From Chamaesiphon sp. (GTDB lineage: Bacteria > Cyanobacteriota > Cyanobacteriia > Cyanobacteriales > Chamaesiphonaceae), in assembly GCA_965246715.1 (NCBI GenBank), contig CBDFFH010000013.1, positions 1-41,568 of the forward strand: 41,568 nucleotides of DNA, written 5' to 3'. Below the pieces are notes generated by a model. The model was given only the letters and a program-made list of their open reading frames with translations, ran no database searches and was not told the origin of the DNA. Both the position numbers and the translations under genes were made by a program. Positions within the stretch are counted from its first letter, which is position 1; every line of letters starts with the position of its first letter. Positions 1 to 8,573 of the stretch are shown piece by piece.

Positions 1-941
1 CTCTCATCAGATTGAAGCTTTGCCTGAGTTGCCTCATTTAATCGTAGAGCAGTTGCCGCCGCCTCTGCTTGAGCAGAGAGAGCTAGTACTTCAGCGTTAG
101 ATTTCTCTGTATTAGCCTGACTTACTTGTTCAGCAGCGTCACGAAGTGCTCTCTCCGACTCAATTTCTGATTGATATGCTTTTCTCGATCGATAATGAAA
201 AATTTCTGAGAAGAGCCAAGCAAGGATGCCAGTCAAGAGAGCAGCACCAGCAATCGCATCATAAACTAGATTTCTGCTTCCTTGGCTGAAAGGATTCAAT
301 GTTTTAAGTTCGTCTATAAATGATGGTGGATTCCCTCGAACAAAATAAATTCTTCCAACAATAGGATTTACATTTTGCTGCTGAGACACCACAATTTGGC
401 TATCACGAGGACTCTCAAACTTCCAGTCTGGCTTGCTTGAGGATGGATTTCGCAAAATTATGTAATCATATCCCTTTAATAAATGTGCTGAAGTATCTTT
501 GCCATTAAATTTTTGTGTCCAGACGTGCGCATACTTACCTTGAGAAACTAGTCGCTGTTTAGTATTAGATGTCTGCTCAATTTTTATTTTCGATCCATAG
601 ATAATTTGTTGTTCGGGACAATCTACACTTACAGATTTACAATTAGTAACAATTGTTCCAAATAGTCCATAGTTTGTATCTAAAACTTCTTGTAAACCTT
701 TACTGTCATTTTTTAATAGATGGGTTGCGACTTTTGATGGTAATAAAGTTGCCAACATATTAAAATCTACTGTCTGAGTTCGGTAGATAGTCACCTTCCA
801 ATAGTTGTAATAGTTCAGACAAACTACCCCGATACCAGTTCCGGCTGATAACAGAAGAGCAGCAAAGCCCCTAATTGCAGAACTTTTACCTAATGGATGT
901 CTTTTTAAAAACTCATTACTCGAATTAGACAACTTGCTCAT
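1..941 (-). CDS. Hypothetical membrane protein (two hydrophobic segments flanking a soluble domain, then coiled coil); 3' end lies outside the window
   Basis: Manually translated from ATG at 941: MSKLSNSSNEFLKRHPLGKSSAIRGFAALLLSAGTGIGVVCLNYYNYWKVTIYRTQTVDFN...; second TM AIAGAALLTGILAWLF; Ala/Glu/Gln-rich helix running off the window edge; both ends are in the same frame; AT-rich. Confidence 0.75.
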   Translation of the reverse strand, partial: MSKLSNSSNEFLKRHPLGKSSAIRGFAALLLSAGTGIGVVCLNYYNYWKVTIYRTQTVDFNMLATLLPSKVATHLLKNDSKGLQEVLDTNYGLFGTIVTNCKSVSVDCPEQQIIYGSKIKIEQTSNTKQRLVSQGKYAHVWTQKFNGKDTSAHLLKGYDYIILRNPSSSKPDWKFESPRDSQIVVSQQQNVNPIVGRIYFVRGNPPSFIDELKTLNPFSQGSRNLVYDAIAGAALLTGILAWLFSEIFHYRSRKAYQSEIESERALRDAAEQVSQANTEKSNAEVLALSAQAEAAATALRLNEATQAKLQSDE

Positions 942-1110
942 AATATTACCTGCTGGGTACTGGTAATATATACAATGAAGTATTATGATCGTCAGGATAA
1001 ATCTTGATATTCCATGACATTACCTCATTGATTAGAGTTCTGAGTACATAATTTGGTATTTGTAGTCTAAGTAGAGCAATATAAACACCCACACCAACAA
1101 AGATCGCATC

Positions 1111-3708
1111 TCATGACATTGATTCCCGCAACCCGATCGCGATTTTACTGTGTTGCTCGATTTGGGCCATTACCTGATGCGCTCGACTAATTACCGACGC
1201 AGGCAAACCTGCCAATCGCCCTGCCTCAATCCCATAGGACTTACTCGCACCACCAGGTTGAACTTGATGGAGAAAAATAATCTTGTCGGGTAATTCTTTC
1301 ACAGTGACTTGATAATTTGCCACGTTCGGTAAAATCGAAGCCAGCTCATTTAATTCGTGATAGTGAGTTGCAAAAATAGTGCGCGCACCGATTTCGGTAG
1401 CTAAATATTCAGCAACAGACCACGCGATCGAAAGTCCGTCAAATGTTGCCGTACCCCGACCGATTTCGTCGAGTAAAACTAGCGATCGCGGTGTGGCATG
1501 ATTGAGAATATTTGCTGTTTCATTCATCTCCACCATAAAGGTCGATTGCCCGGTGGCGAGATCGTCTACTGCGCCGACACGAGTGAATATGCGATCGCAA
1601 ACCCCCAATTTTGCCGTTGTCGCTGGGACGAAACTCCCGATTTGCGCCATAATCTGAATCAATCCCAACTGTCGTAAATAGCAGCTTTTACCGCTAGCAT
1701 TCGGCCCAGTTAGCACGATTAAATCGGGCTGTTCGACACTGGGAACGACATGTTCGGCTTGTCCTAATTGCGTGGAATTCGGTACAAAAAATCCCGCCAA
1801 TAACGATTTTTCCACCACCGGATGCCGACCATCGACGATCTCGATCTCTCGACTCGCCATCATCTGCGGACGACAATAGCCTTGAGTCACCGCCAATTCT
1901 GCTAAACCACACAACACATCAACGGCGGCGATGCTCCGTGCGATATTCCGAATTAGCTCGGTGTGCGCCGCAACTATCAGCCGGAGTTCGACAAACAGCT
2001 CATGCTCGAGCCGATTGAGATCTTCTTGAGCGGTGAGGATGCGGACTTCGCGCTCCTTGAGTTCGGGAGTGATGTAGCGTTCCTCATTCGTGAGGGTTTG
2101 TTTGCGGATATAGTCGGCTGGTACTTGGTCTGCTTTGAGGCGAGAGATGCTGATGTAGTAGCCAAAGGTTTTGTTAAATCCGACTTTGAGATTTGCAATC
2201 GCCGTGCGTTCCCGTTCGGTAATTTCCAGATTAGCAATCCATTGGTGGTCGCCCGCTGCGGTGGCGCGGAGTTCGTCGAGTTGGGAATTGATGCCAGGGC
2301 GAATCAATCCCCCCTCCTTCAAATGGATGGGTGGATGTTCGACCAGATGAGCGGCGATTTTTTGCCCCAACGCTTCGAGTTCGGGTGGGACATGATGCAA
2401 GATTTTTAGGAACGGTGATTTACCCTGCTTGGCAATGGCGGCGAGTTCGGGGAGCTTAAGAAAGGATTCGGACAGGGCGACTAAATCTCGGGCGCTGGCG
2501 CGTCCCGATGCGGCTTTGCCAGTAAGGCGTTCGATGTCGTAGATCTGCTTGAGCAGTTGCTGTAAATCTTGGCGGATAAAGGTTTCTTCTACCAGCTCTT
2601 GAATCGTTTCCTGGCGTTTATTAATCGATACGAGATCTAATAGTGGCTGTAAAATCCAGCGACGCAGAGCGCGTCCGCCCATTGCGGTGCGGGTTTTATC
2701 CACTGCCCATAACAGCGAACCTTGAAAATAACCATCGCGGACGGTTTGGGTGATTTCGAGGTTGCGGCGAGATTGGTTGTCAAAAACGAGATAATCGCCG
2801 AGGGAGTAAGTCCGGAGGGGTTGCAGCGCGACGGGGTTGCTCTTTTGCGTCGCTTCGAGATATTCCAGCAAGCCCCCAGCTGCTCTTACCGCCAATGGAA
2901 ACGGCGAACACCCCAAAGATTCTAGCGATCGCATTTTAAAGGTGTCCAAGAGCCTTTGTTTGGCTTCTGCGAGGGTAAATGGTGCCAGGGGTCGCATGGC
3001 ATAGCAGAAGCAATTGGGCAAGTTCGTCGGGAGTAAGTCGGATGTTTCGCCGGGACGGAGCAGCCGATTGAGGTCGGGTGCGCTGACAGGGATGAGGATT
3101 TCTGGCGGCTGGAGCCGCATTAGTTCGTGGGTGAGGACTTCAAGATCGGTACTCTGAGTGGTGAGGAATTCACCTGTGGAGATATCGGTATAGGCTAAGC
3201 CCCAATTATCGCCGACGAGGACGATCGCGGCGAGAAAGTTATTGCGCCGCGATTGGAGCATTTCCTCTTCCTGAATCGTGCCAGGAGTGAGGACGCGGAC
3301 GACTTCGCGCCGGACTAATCCAGTACCCGATTCAGCGGCTTCAGCGGCGGTTTCCATCTGATCGCACAATGCGATCGCGTAGCCTTTTTCGACTAGCATG
3401 GCACAATAGCGATCGACTGCATGGTGCGGTACGCCAGTCATCGGGACGCGCCCGATTTCTTTACCACCTTCTTTGCTGGTGAGGACTAATTCGAGTTCGC
3501 GGGCGATGGTAATCGCATCTTGAAAGAATGTTTCAAAAAAGTCGCCACATCGATATAACAGCAAGGCATGAGGATATTGCGATTTGACCTCGACGTAGTG
3601 TTGATACATCGGGGACAATTTGGTGCGATCGAGTTCGCGATAGTCGGCGTTGCGAATTTGACTTTGGCTGGTGCGAATTCCGGTTAAGTCAGGTGCGGTG
3701 TCGGACAT
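1111..3708 (-). CDS. mutS: DNA mismatch repair protein MutS
   Basis: GDFFETF mismatch-binding motif, Walker [41 protein letters not shown] at 3708 preferred to TTG at 3768. Confidence 0.98.
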   Translation of the reverse strand: MSDTAPDLTGIRTSQSQIRNADYRELDRTKLSPMYQHYVEVKSQYPHALLLYRCGDFFETFFQDAITIARELELVLTSKEGGKEIGRVPMTGVPHHAVDRYCAMLVEKGYAIALCDQMETAAEAAESGTGLVRREVVRVLTPGTIQEEEMLQSRRNNFLAAIVLVGDNWGLAYTDISTGEFLTTQSTDLEVLTHELMRLQPPEILIPVSAPDLNRLLRPGETSDLLPTNLPNCFCYAMRPLAPFTLAEAKQRLLDTFKMRSLESLGCSPFPLAVRAAGGLLEYLEATQKSNPVALQPLRTYSLGDYLVFDNQSRRNLEITQTVRDGYFQGSLLWAVDKTRTAMGGRALRRWILQPLLDLVSINKRQETIQELVEETFIRQDLQQLLKQIYDIERLTGKAASGRASARDLVALSESFLKLPELAAIAKQGKSPFLKILHHVPPELEALGQKIAAHLVEHPPIHLKEGGLIRPGINSQLDELRATAAGDHQWIANLEITERERTAIANLKVGFNKTFGYYISISRLKADQVPADYIRKQTLTNEERYITPELKEREVRILTAQEDLNRLEHELFVELRLIVAAHTELIRNIARSIAAVDVLCGLAELAVTQGYCRPQMMASREIEIVDGRHPVVEKSLLAGFFVPNSTQLGQAEHVVPSVEQPDLIVLTGPNASGKSCYLRQLGLIQIMAQIGSFVPATTAKLGVCDRIFTRVGAVDDLATGQSTFMVEMNETANILNHATPRSLVLLDEIGRGTATFDGLSIAWSVAEYLATEIGARTIFATHYHELNELASILPNVANYQVTVKELPDKIIFLHQVQPGGASKSYGIEAGRLAGLPASVISRAHQVMAQIEQHSKIAIGLRESMS

Positions 3709-3856
3709 GGAGGAACCAAAGGTGCTGAGTCTGGGTATCCATTTTAGCGCATCATAGTTTAAGTACAAGCGATCTGGATTGTTATTTAGCCAGATCTACT
3801 AGTTAATGCTGTTGTGGTCAGCGATCCCCGATCTCCAAATCGATCGCCCGAGGGTA

Positions 3857-3886
3857 TTGACAAGAATTGTGTCGATCGAGTATCGT
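3857..3886 (+). promoter_or_regulatory. Sigma70-type promoter for the downstream sRNA
   Basis: TTGACA (3857-3862), 18-bp spacer, TATCGT (3881-3886), 6 nt before AGTGTGAGGAG. Confidence 0.65.
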
Positions 3887-3892
3887 TAGATC

Positions 3893-3957
3893 AGTGTGAG
3901 GAGCGAATCAAGAAGAAGACCGAGACGAAACACGGCCAGTCGTCGGTCTTCTTTTTG
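3893..3957 (+). ncRNA. yfr2: Yfr2-family cyanobacterial small RNA
   Basis: 5' GTGTGAGGAG (complement of the Yfr1 core CUCCUCACAC); hairpin AAGAAGACCGA...TCGGTCTTCTT with GAAACAC in the loop region; T-tract; own promoter; intergenic. Confidence 0.7.
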
Positions 3958-4012
3958 GTTTTATATTTCAGGTTTAAACTAAGATCGATGTCTCGACTAT
4001 CGATCTACCCAA

Positions 4013-4852
4013 TTAAGTATTTAGAATAAATTTTTCGATCGCGATCGCCACTCCATCGTCTTCGATATCTGGTGCAACCCAGTCAGCATTAGTCCGTACA
4101 TCACTAGGGGCATTACCCATCGCTACACCGATGCCTGCGTAGTCGATCATCTCTACATCATTATAGTTATCGCCGATCGACATCACATGCTGAGCGGTAA
4201 TTCCCAATAATTCTTTGGCGATATAATCGATCGCGGCACCTTTATTTACACCAGTATTGGTAGCTTCGAGGAAGATCGGTACAGAAGTGGTGATATGTAG
4301 CTCGTCCTTGGGATAACGTTGCTGGAGATCCACCAACAAACTATTTATCAGTTCGATATCTTCAGACATTGCCAAAATTTTTGTCGGTCGATCGGTTAAA
4401 ATCGTGCGGAGATCGCCGACGGCATGAGCTTCAACACCACTGCGTTCGACATATAATTTGGTATCGGGATTGATTTCGCGAACGTATAACGAATCATCGC
4501 GATAGACATGAATGGCTAATTTATCGAAGAGATCGGGTTGCTCGAAGTAATCGAGTAACGCTCGGGCGGTATCCACAGGTACTGGAATGTGACGATGAAT
4601 CTTTCCGGTAACGGGATCTTGAATCCAGGCACCTTGATAGGCGATGACGGGAAAATCTGCACCGATCTCGTAATGGAAGCGCAAAGCGGATTTGTACATT
4701 CTCCCCGTCGCAATCCCAACGCGAACGCCTTGAGCTTGAGCGGCTTTAATCGCTTGCTTGACTCTAGTACTTACCTGATTAGATTTTCCGGCAATTGTAC
4801 CGTCGATGTCTACGATGAGGAGCTTGATTTCGGCGGTGCTAGGTGATGACAT
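4013..4852 (-). CDS. Cof-type HAD-superfamily hydrolase (subfamily IIB)
   Basis: DIDGT motif I, ATGR motif II, NKG, GDNYND...GVAMGNA. Confidence 0.95.
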   Translation of the reverse strand: MSSPSTAEIKLLIVDIDGTIAGKSNQVSTRVKQAIKAAQAQGVRVGIATGRMYKSALRFHYEIGADFPVIAYQGAWIQDPVTGKIHRHIPVPVDTARALLDYFEQPDLFDKLAIHVYRDDSLYVREINPDTKLYVERSGVEAHAVGDLRTILTDRPTKILAMSEDIELINSLLVDLQQRYPKDELHITTSVPIFLEATNTGVNKGAAIDYIAKELLGITAQHVMSIGDNYNDVEMIDYAGIGVAMGNAPSDVRTNADWVAPDIEDDGVAIAIEKFILNT

Positions 4853-5019
4853 AAAGATGGCAATGTAGATCTGGAGCCAGATCTTAGCCTATCATATTGT
4901 TAGATGTGCGTTTCGATCGGTCGGGGTCAGTGTCGTCTTTTGGACAAAATGCTCCTGGATATTCGCACCAGGATGAATTTGTCGATGAGATTTTCTACGA
5001 TTTGCTTGCGGTTGTAGCA

Positions 5020-5168
5020 AGTCAAAAACCTGATTCGATGGGGATTTTGACTCACTCGCGCCGACTTTTCGCCATGAAGCTGATGATAATCATAAAGTAG
5101 ATCGAGTGAAAACTCTGGAAGATTTCACGACCGATATTCCGAATCTGCATCTATTATTGAAAGCGTTG
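5020..5168 (+). pseudogene. Degenerate internal fragment of the polA 5' region
   Basis: Aligns by eye to 8730-8881 (AGTCAAAAACC.GATTC.ATGG ... CATGAAGCTGATGATAAT.ATAAAG..GATCGAGTG.AAAC...GGAAGATTTCACGA.CGATATTC) with indels and a stop. Confidence 0.85.
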
Positions 5169-5200
5169 TGGCGAAAAGCTTTATCTAGACAATCGATCGG

Positions 5201-5249
5201 TTGTCTGTCAATTGTCGATCGCCTATAATATGCCTTACAAGGCATATTA
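5201..5249 (+). promoter_or_regulatory. Promoter plus palindromic operator of the RelE/HigB-XRE TA operon
   Basis: TTGTCT-17bp-TATAAT (5201-5229) overlapped by perfect 11-bp inverted repeat TAATATGCCTT-AC-AAGGCATATTA (5226-5249). Confidence 0.75.
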
Positions 5250-5256
5250 AATTCAA

Positions 5257-5628
5257 ATGATATGGAACATCGACTTTCATCCCGATTTTTACTCCGAGTT
5301 TATCGAACTTCCCGATGAAGTCAGGTTAGAACTTTTAGCCAAAGTTGCGCTGTTAGAAGTATTTGGCTCCAATCTCAAACGTCCCCACGTAGATACACTT
5401 AAAGGCTCCACCCATGCAAACATGAAGGAGATCCGATTTCAAGCTGCCGATGGAGTCTGGCGGGTAGCCTTTGCCTTCGACCTTCGCCGCTGTGCCATCT
5501 TATTAATCGCTGGGGATAAATCTGGTAGTAGTGAAAAACGATTTTATCGACAACTAATTGAGATCGCAGACGGTAGATTCAACGATCATCTTACCAAGTT
5601 AATGGAGCAAGAAGCAGATGACGATTAG
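5257..5628 (+). CDS. Type II TA toxin, RelE/ParE (HigB-like) family
   Basis: RPHVDTLKGS..NMKEIR...WRVAFAFD..R.AILLIAGDKSG signature; toxin-first order, overlapping the antitoxin. Confidence 0.9.
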   Translation: MIWNIDFHPDFYSEFIELPDEVRLELLAKVALLEVFGSNLKRPHVDTLKGSTHANMKEIRFQAADGVWRVAFAFDLRRCAILLIAGDKSGSSEKRFYRQLIEIADGRFNDHLTKLMEQEADDD

Positions 5629-5971
5629 TTTTAGAACTGTGCTGGAAAATCTGCCATCACAACAACGCAAAATAGTGGAGAAAAGAGCGGCTGAGTTAAT
5701 TGCCGAAGAAATGACCCTCCAGGATTTGCGAAAAGCCAGGGAGTTCACTCAAATTCGGATGGGTGAGTTGTTAAATATGCGTCAAGAAAATGTTTCTCGG
5801 CTAGAACGTCGAGCCGATTTGTTAGTTTCAACGTTGCAAAGTTACATTGCCGCGATGGGTGGAGAATTGTCTTTGGTAGTTGAGTTTAAAGATCGGCCAC
5901 CTGTAAAGATTGCTGGATTGGCATCAATTATGGAACCAAAAGATAGTAATAATGGTGAAGAGAAGTTTTAA
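5618..5971 (+). CDS. XRE-family HTH antitoxin (HigA-like)
   Basis: TLQDLRKAREFTQ...QENVSRLERRADLLVSTL..YI.AMGGEL. Confidence 0.9.
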   Translation: MTISFRTVLENLPSQQRKIVEKRAAELIAEEMTLQDLRKAREFTQIRMGELLNMRQENVSRLERRADLLVSTLQSYIAAMGGELSLVVEFKDRPPVKIAGLASIMEPKDSNNGEEKF

Positions 5972-5976
5972 CTAGA

Positions 5977-6043
5977 TCGATCGAAAACATGATTTTAAAC
6001 TTTTATCTCGTATATGTTTAGCTCTTGCACAGTGCCCACTTTA
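5977..6043 (+). repeat. Inter-cassette repeat copy 1 (degenerate)
   Basis: TCGATCGAAAACATGATTTTAAACTTTTATCTCGTATATGTTTAGCTC...GCCCAC, similar to copies at 6740-6833 and 6968-7062. Confidence 0.85.
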
Positions 6044-6074
6044 GAACTATAACTCTATTTATAAAAATATCATC

Positions 6075-6401
6075 ATGACTCGCCAAGAAATCGAACATCA
6101 ATTGCTAACGCTCTCGCTTTCTGACAAAGCGGAGATAGTGCAGAGTCTAACAAAAACCCTCAACAAGAGCGGCAAGGGTATTAGCAAAACTCTAGGTGTC
6201 TGTGGAGGGACAGCTTGTATTGCAGGAACGCGGATTGCCGTTTGGCTATTAGTCGAAGCACAGCAATTGGGAATTAGTGAAGCTCAACTGTTGCAGGACT
6301 ATCCCCACATTACCGCCGCCGATTTGGTTAATGCTTGGAGCTATGCCGATGCTTATCCTGAAGAAATTGCCGCAGCAATTCGGGTAAATAACGAGGCATA
6401 G
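6075..6401 (+). CDS. DUF433-family antitoxin-like protein
   Basis: GVCGG.ACIAGTRIAVW...LLQDYPHIT..D...A..Y...YPEEI. Confidence 0.92.
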   Translation: MTRQEIEHQLLTLSLSDKAEIVQSLTKTLNKSGKGISKTLGVCGGTACIAGTRIAVWLLVEAQQLGISEAQLLQDYPHITAADLVNAWSYADAYPEEIAAAIRVNNEA

Positions 6402-6404
6402 CTA

Positions 6405-6746
6405 ATGGCGCGGTTGTATATGGACGAGCAGTTTCCCAAAGTTGTGAGTCAGCTACTCAGGGAAATGGGACATGATGTTTTGACTGTGCAAGAAGCTGGT
6501 AACGGCAATTTGGGTATTCCAGATGAGGATGTATTATCATTTGCGATTGATGAAAATCGATCGGTTGTGACTCTAAATCGAGATGATTTCATTCGATTAC
6601 ACCGTGCTAATACCCAGCATTGCGGTATTATTGTCTGCACTAACGATCCCGATCGATCGAGCATGGCAATTCGGCTACATGAATCGATCGTCGCACAGGA
6701 ATTTCTACAAGGTAATTTGATTTGGGTAGTACGTCCGGCAAATTAA
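6405..6746 (+). CDS. DUF5615-type PIN-like toxin (VapC45-like)
   Basis: LYMDEQF...GHDVLTV...IPDEDVL..A...NR.VVTLNRDDF...HCGIIV; follows DUF433, the usual partner. Confidence 0.9.
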   Translation: MARLYMDEQFPKVVSQLLREMGHDVLTVQEAGNGNLGIPDEDVLSFAIDENRSVVTLNRDDFIRLHRANTQHCGIIVCTNDPDRSSMAIRLHESIVAQEFLQGNLIWVVRPAN

Positions 6747-6833
6747 TTATGATTTGTTGGAATCGATCGTAAACATGATTTAAAACTTTTGCTTCGTATA
6801 TGTTTGGCTCGTGGGCATTGCCCACCCTACCTC
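6740..6833 (+). repeat. Inter-cassette repeat copy 2, ending in a GTAG-type REP palindrome
   Basis: AATTATGATT...TCGATCGTAAACATGATTTAAAACTTTTGCTTCGTATATGTTTGGCTCGTGGGCATTGCCCACCCTACCTC. Confidence 0.9.
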
Positions 6834-6835
6834 CA

Positions 6836-6952
6836 CTAGTCCCTGTATTAGCAACTGGTGTTAAACCATTGTTAGGAACCGCACTATTACATGGATTTTG
6901 TCTGACGGTAGAGTTTGTTGATGATGGCATTGTCAAGGTCGAAAAGCTTTAA
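6836..6952 (+). pseudogene. 5'-truncated C-terminal remnant resembling a clan AA aspartic protease-like small protein
   Basis: Translates LVPVLATGVKPLLGTALLHGFCLTVEFVDDGIVKVEKL*; PLLG motif; no start codon; begins right after repeat 2. Confidence 0.6.
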
Positions 6953-6967
6953 ATAAGAGATCGATCT

Positions 6968-7062
6968 AAATTTAATTATGATTCTTTTTTGTCGATCGAA
7001 AACATGATTTAAAATTGTTGCTTCGTATATGTTTAGCTCGTGGGCAATGCCAACCCTACCTC
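6968..7062 (+). repeat. Inter-cassette repeat copy 3
   Basis: AATTATGATT...TCGATCGAAAACATGATTTAAAATTGTTGCTTCGTATATGTTTAGCTCGTGGGCAATGCCAACCCTACCTC. Confidence 0.9.
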
Positions 7063-7094
7063 TCTACTGATACTCATCAAAGGATTAATCAAAA

Positions 7095-7472
7095 TTGAGT
7101 ATTTCGATTTACTATACAGCCGTCCGCTCCCAACCCCTGACAATCAATGAACAATCGGCTATTAAAACAATTGAAGTAAGATATCAGATTGAAGCACTAA
7201 TTGCTAAATGTGGAATTACGAATGGTGAGTTTGATGGCGAAGCATTTTGTATTTATGAGCCAAATAATGAAACCGAATTAGAGGTTATCTTTGAGGGTTC
7301 AACAAAGTTGCCTCTCTACTCTCTCGAAACCATGTGGGCTGCAATTGAGTACTGGTGTGAGCTATTATCTGAAGTCCGTCAATTACTCCCAAATACCACT
7401 TGGCGAGTTCATGTGGACGATCGTGAAATAGTTTGGGTGCAGGAACTTAAAATGTTCGATCCATCCTTGTAA
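7095..7472 (+). CDS. Hypothetical protein (125 aa, acidic)
   Basis: Open frame with TTG start preceded by AAGGA; same orientation as the other cassettes. Confidence 0.7.
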   Translation: MSISIYYTAVRSQPLTINEQSAIKTIEVRYQIEALIAKCGITNGEFDGEAFCIYEPNNETELEVIFEGSTKLPLYSLETMWAAIEYWCELLSEVRQLLPNTTWRVHVDDREIVWVQELKMFDPSL

Positions 7473-7535
7473 AATGTCAACCAATGAGAAAATGCTTTTC
7501 GTAAATAATCACACGCAATCCATTATTGGTGGATG

Positions 7536-7597
7536 AGGGCGGGTTTGATTGAGATATTTAGAATTATTCGTAGGTTATCGCATAAACCCGTCCCTAC
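7536..7597. repeat. REPIN-like inverted repeat (GTAG-type)
   Basis: AGGGCGGGTTT (7536-7546) ... AAACCCGTCCCTAC (7584-7597). Confidence 0.65.
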
Positions 7598-7637
7598 GGA
7601 TTGTGTATAATTTAATTAGATTAATCTACTCGATCGT

Positions 7638-7904
7638 ATGTCTCAAACTCCTTTATTAATCCTTGTCGATGGTCATTCTTTAGCTTGTCGTTCCTACTTT
7701 GCCTATGCCAAGAGTAAAAGCGGCGGATTGACGACTTCGGCGGGAGTACCGACGAGTATTTGTTTTGGATTTGTCAAGGCATTGGTTGAGATTATTAATA
7801 GTCAAAAGCCGGATTCGATGGCGATCGCATTTGACTTGCGCGCGCCGACTTTTCGGCATGAAGCTGATGATAATGATAAGGCCGATCGAGAGTTACTTAC
7901 ATAA
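7638..7904 (+). pseudogene. Duplicated N-terminal fragment (~84 codons) of polA
   Basis: PLLILVDGHSLA...RHEADDN.KADR near-identical to polA; ~100 bp identical in the middle; homology ends at GCCGATCGAG (7890). Confidence 0.95.
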
Positions 7905-8014
7905 TGATAAATCGATCTGGCTTTGAGTTCTATCGATAAGTTACCACTCTATCCTTCCACAATGTAAACGAATCTGAGATAATAGAATGTACTCTTCCAA
8001 TTTACTCTCGATCG

Positions 8015-8382
8015 ATGGCAAAGTTATCCGAATAAACCTTAACGATGACTTTTCAGCTACTCCGCCAACTTGCAGATGCAATCGAACTAGCTAGCGCAAC
8101 AGAGTGGATATTTTTCGTTGGCGAAGCCTCTCCTTGGAGAATCGATATGGAGAGACAGCCAGCACGATTGGTGAATTGGAAGAACTGCAAAACGCAAGAG
8201 ACAGACTCAACCAGTCATATACTCGCCTCAATACCTTGCTATTGAAAGTTTTGGAAGCCCAGCCAATTGCTACAAATGCTATGCTAGATTTACTGGTAAA
8301 GGCAATTGAAAATGGACGAGCAAATCTAGAAGCCGCCAATGCTAGTACTCAAGAGATTAAAAGAGGTTGGAATCTGTCATGA
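8015..8382 (+). pseudogene. Small helical protein pseudogene (premature TAA at 8033 and a 23-nt insertion frameshift)
   Basis: ATG 8015; removing 8118-8140 joins ORFs 8045 and 8104 into one 114-codon frame (...EWIFFDRYGETAST...). Confidence 0.75.
8118..8140 (+). mobile_element. 23-nt small dispersed element inserted at CG^ATCG
   Basis: CG|TTGGCGAAGCCTCTCCTTGGAGA|ATCG; homologous to 36042-36065 and 40641-40664. Confidence 0.85.
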
Positions 8383-8564
8383 CTGAGCGATATCTTTACC
8401 CGACTGAAGAAACTAAAAAAAGTTGTCTCGACAGGTTGCGAGAGAGTAACCGCCAATTGGAATTATATAATTTGTTCTTAGACGATGCGATCGCTCAAAT
8501 CGATTTAGAATTACGTCAGCACAAACGAGAAAGACTATTACATAAAGTACCACCTGCTCAATAG
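8379..8564 (+). CDS. Small hypothetical coiled-coil protein (61 aa)
   Basis: ATGA overlap with the upstream gene; ends 9 bp before polA. Confidence 0.65.
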   Translation: MTERYLYPTEETKKSCLDRLRESNRQLELYNLFLDDAIAQIDLELRQHKRERLLHKVPPAQ

Positions 8565-8573
8565 ATTAGATAT

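Noticed and set aside
1694..2925. Alternative-frame and antisense ORFs inside mutS (likewise inside polA, hsdM, hsdR)
   Set aside because: Shadow frames of long conserved genes with no independent evidence
3890..3905. Yfr1 on the minus strand (GCTCCTCACAC)
   Set aside because: The promoter and T-tract point to the + strand, and the motif is not flanked by two hairpins
3814..4029. 71-aa ORF
   Set aside because: Overlaps a promoter, an sRNA hairpin and the end of the HAD gene; no protein features
4897..5100. 67-aa ORF as a real gene
   Set aside because: It is a chimeric frame crossing a degenerate polA fragment
5977..7062. Repeats as a CRISPR array
   Set aside because: Units are 65-95 bp and divergent, are separated by gene-sized spacers of unequal length, and no cas genes are present
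5977..7062. Canonical integron attC sites
   Set aside because: No clear RYYYAAC...GTTRRRY boxes and no tyrosine integrase in the window; reported only as integron-like architecture
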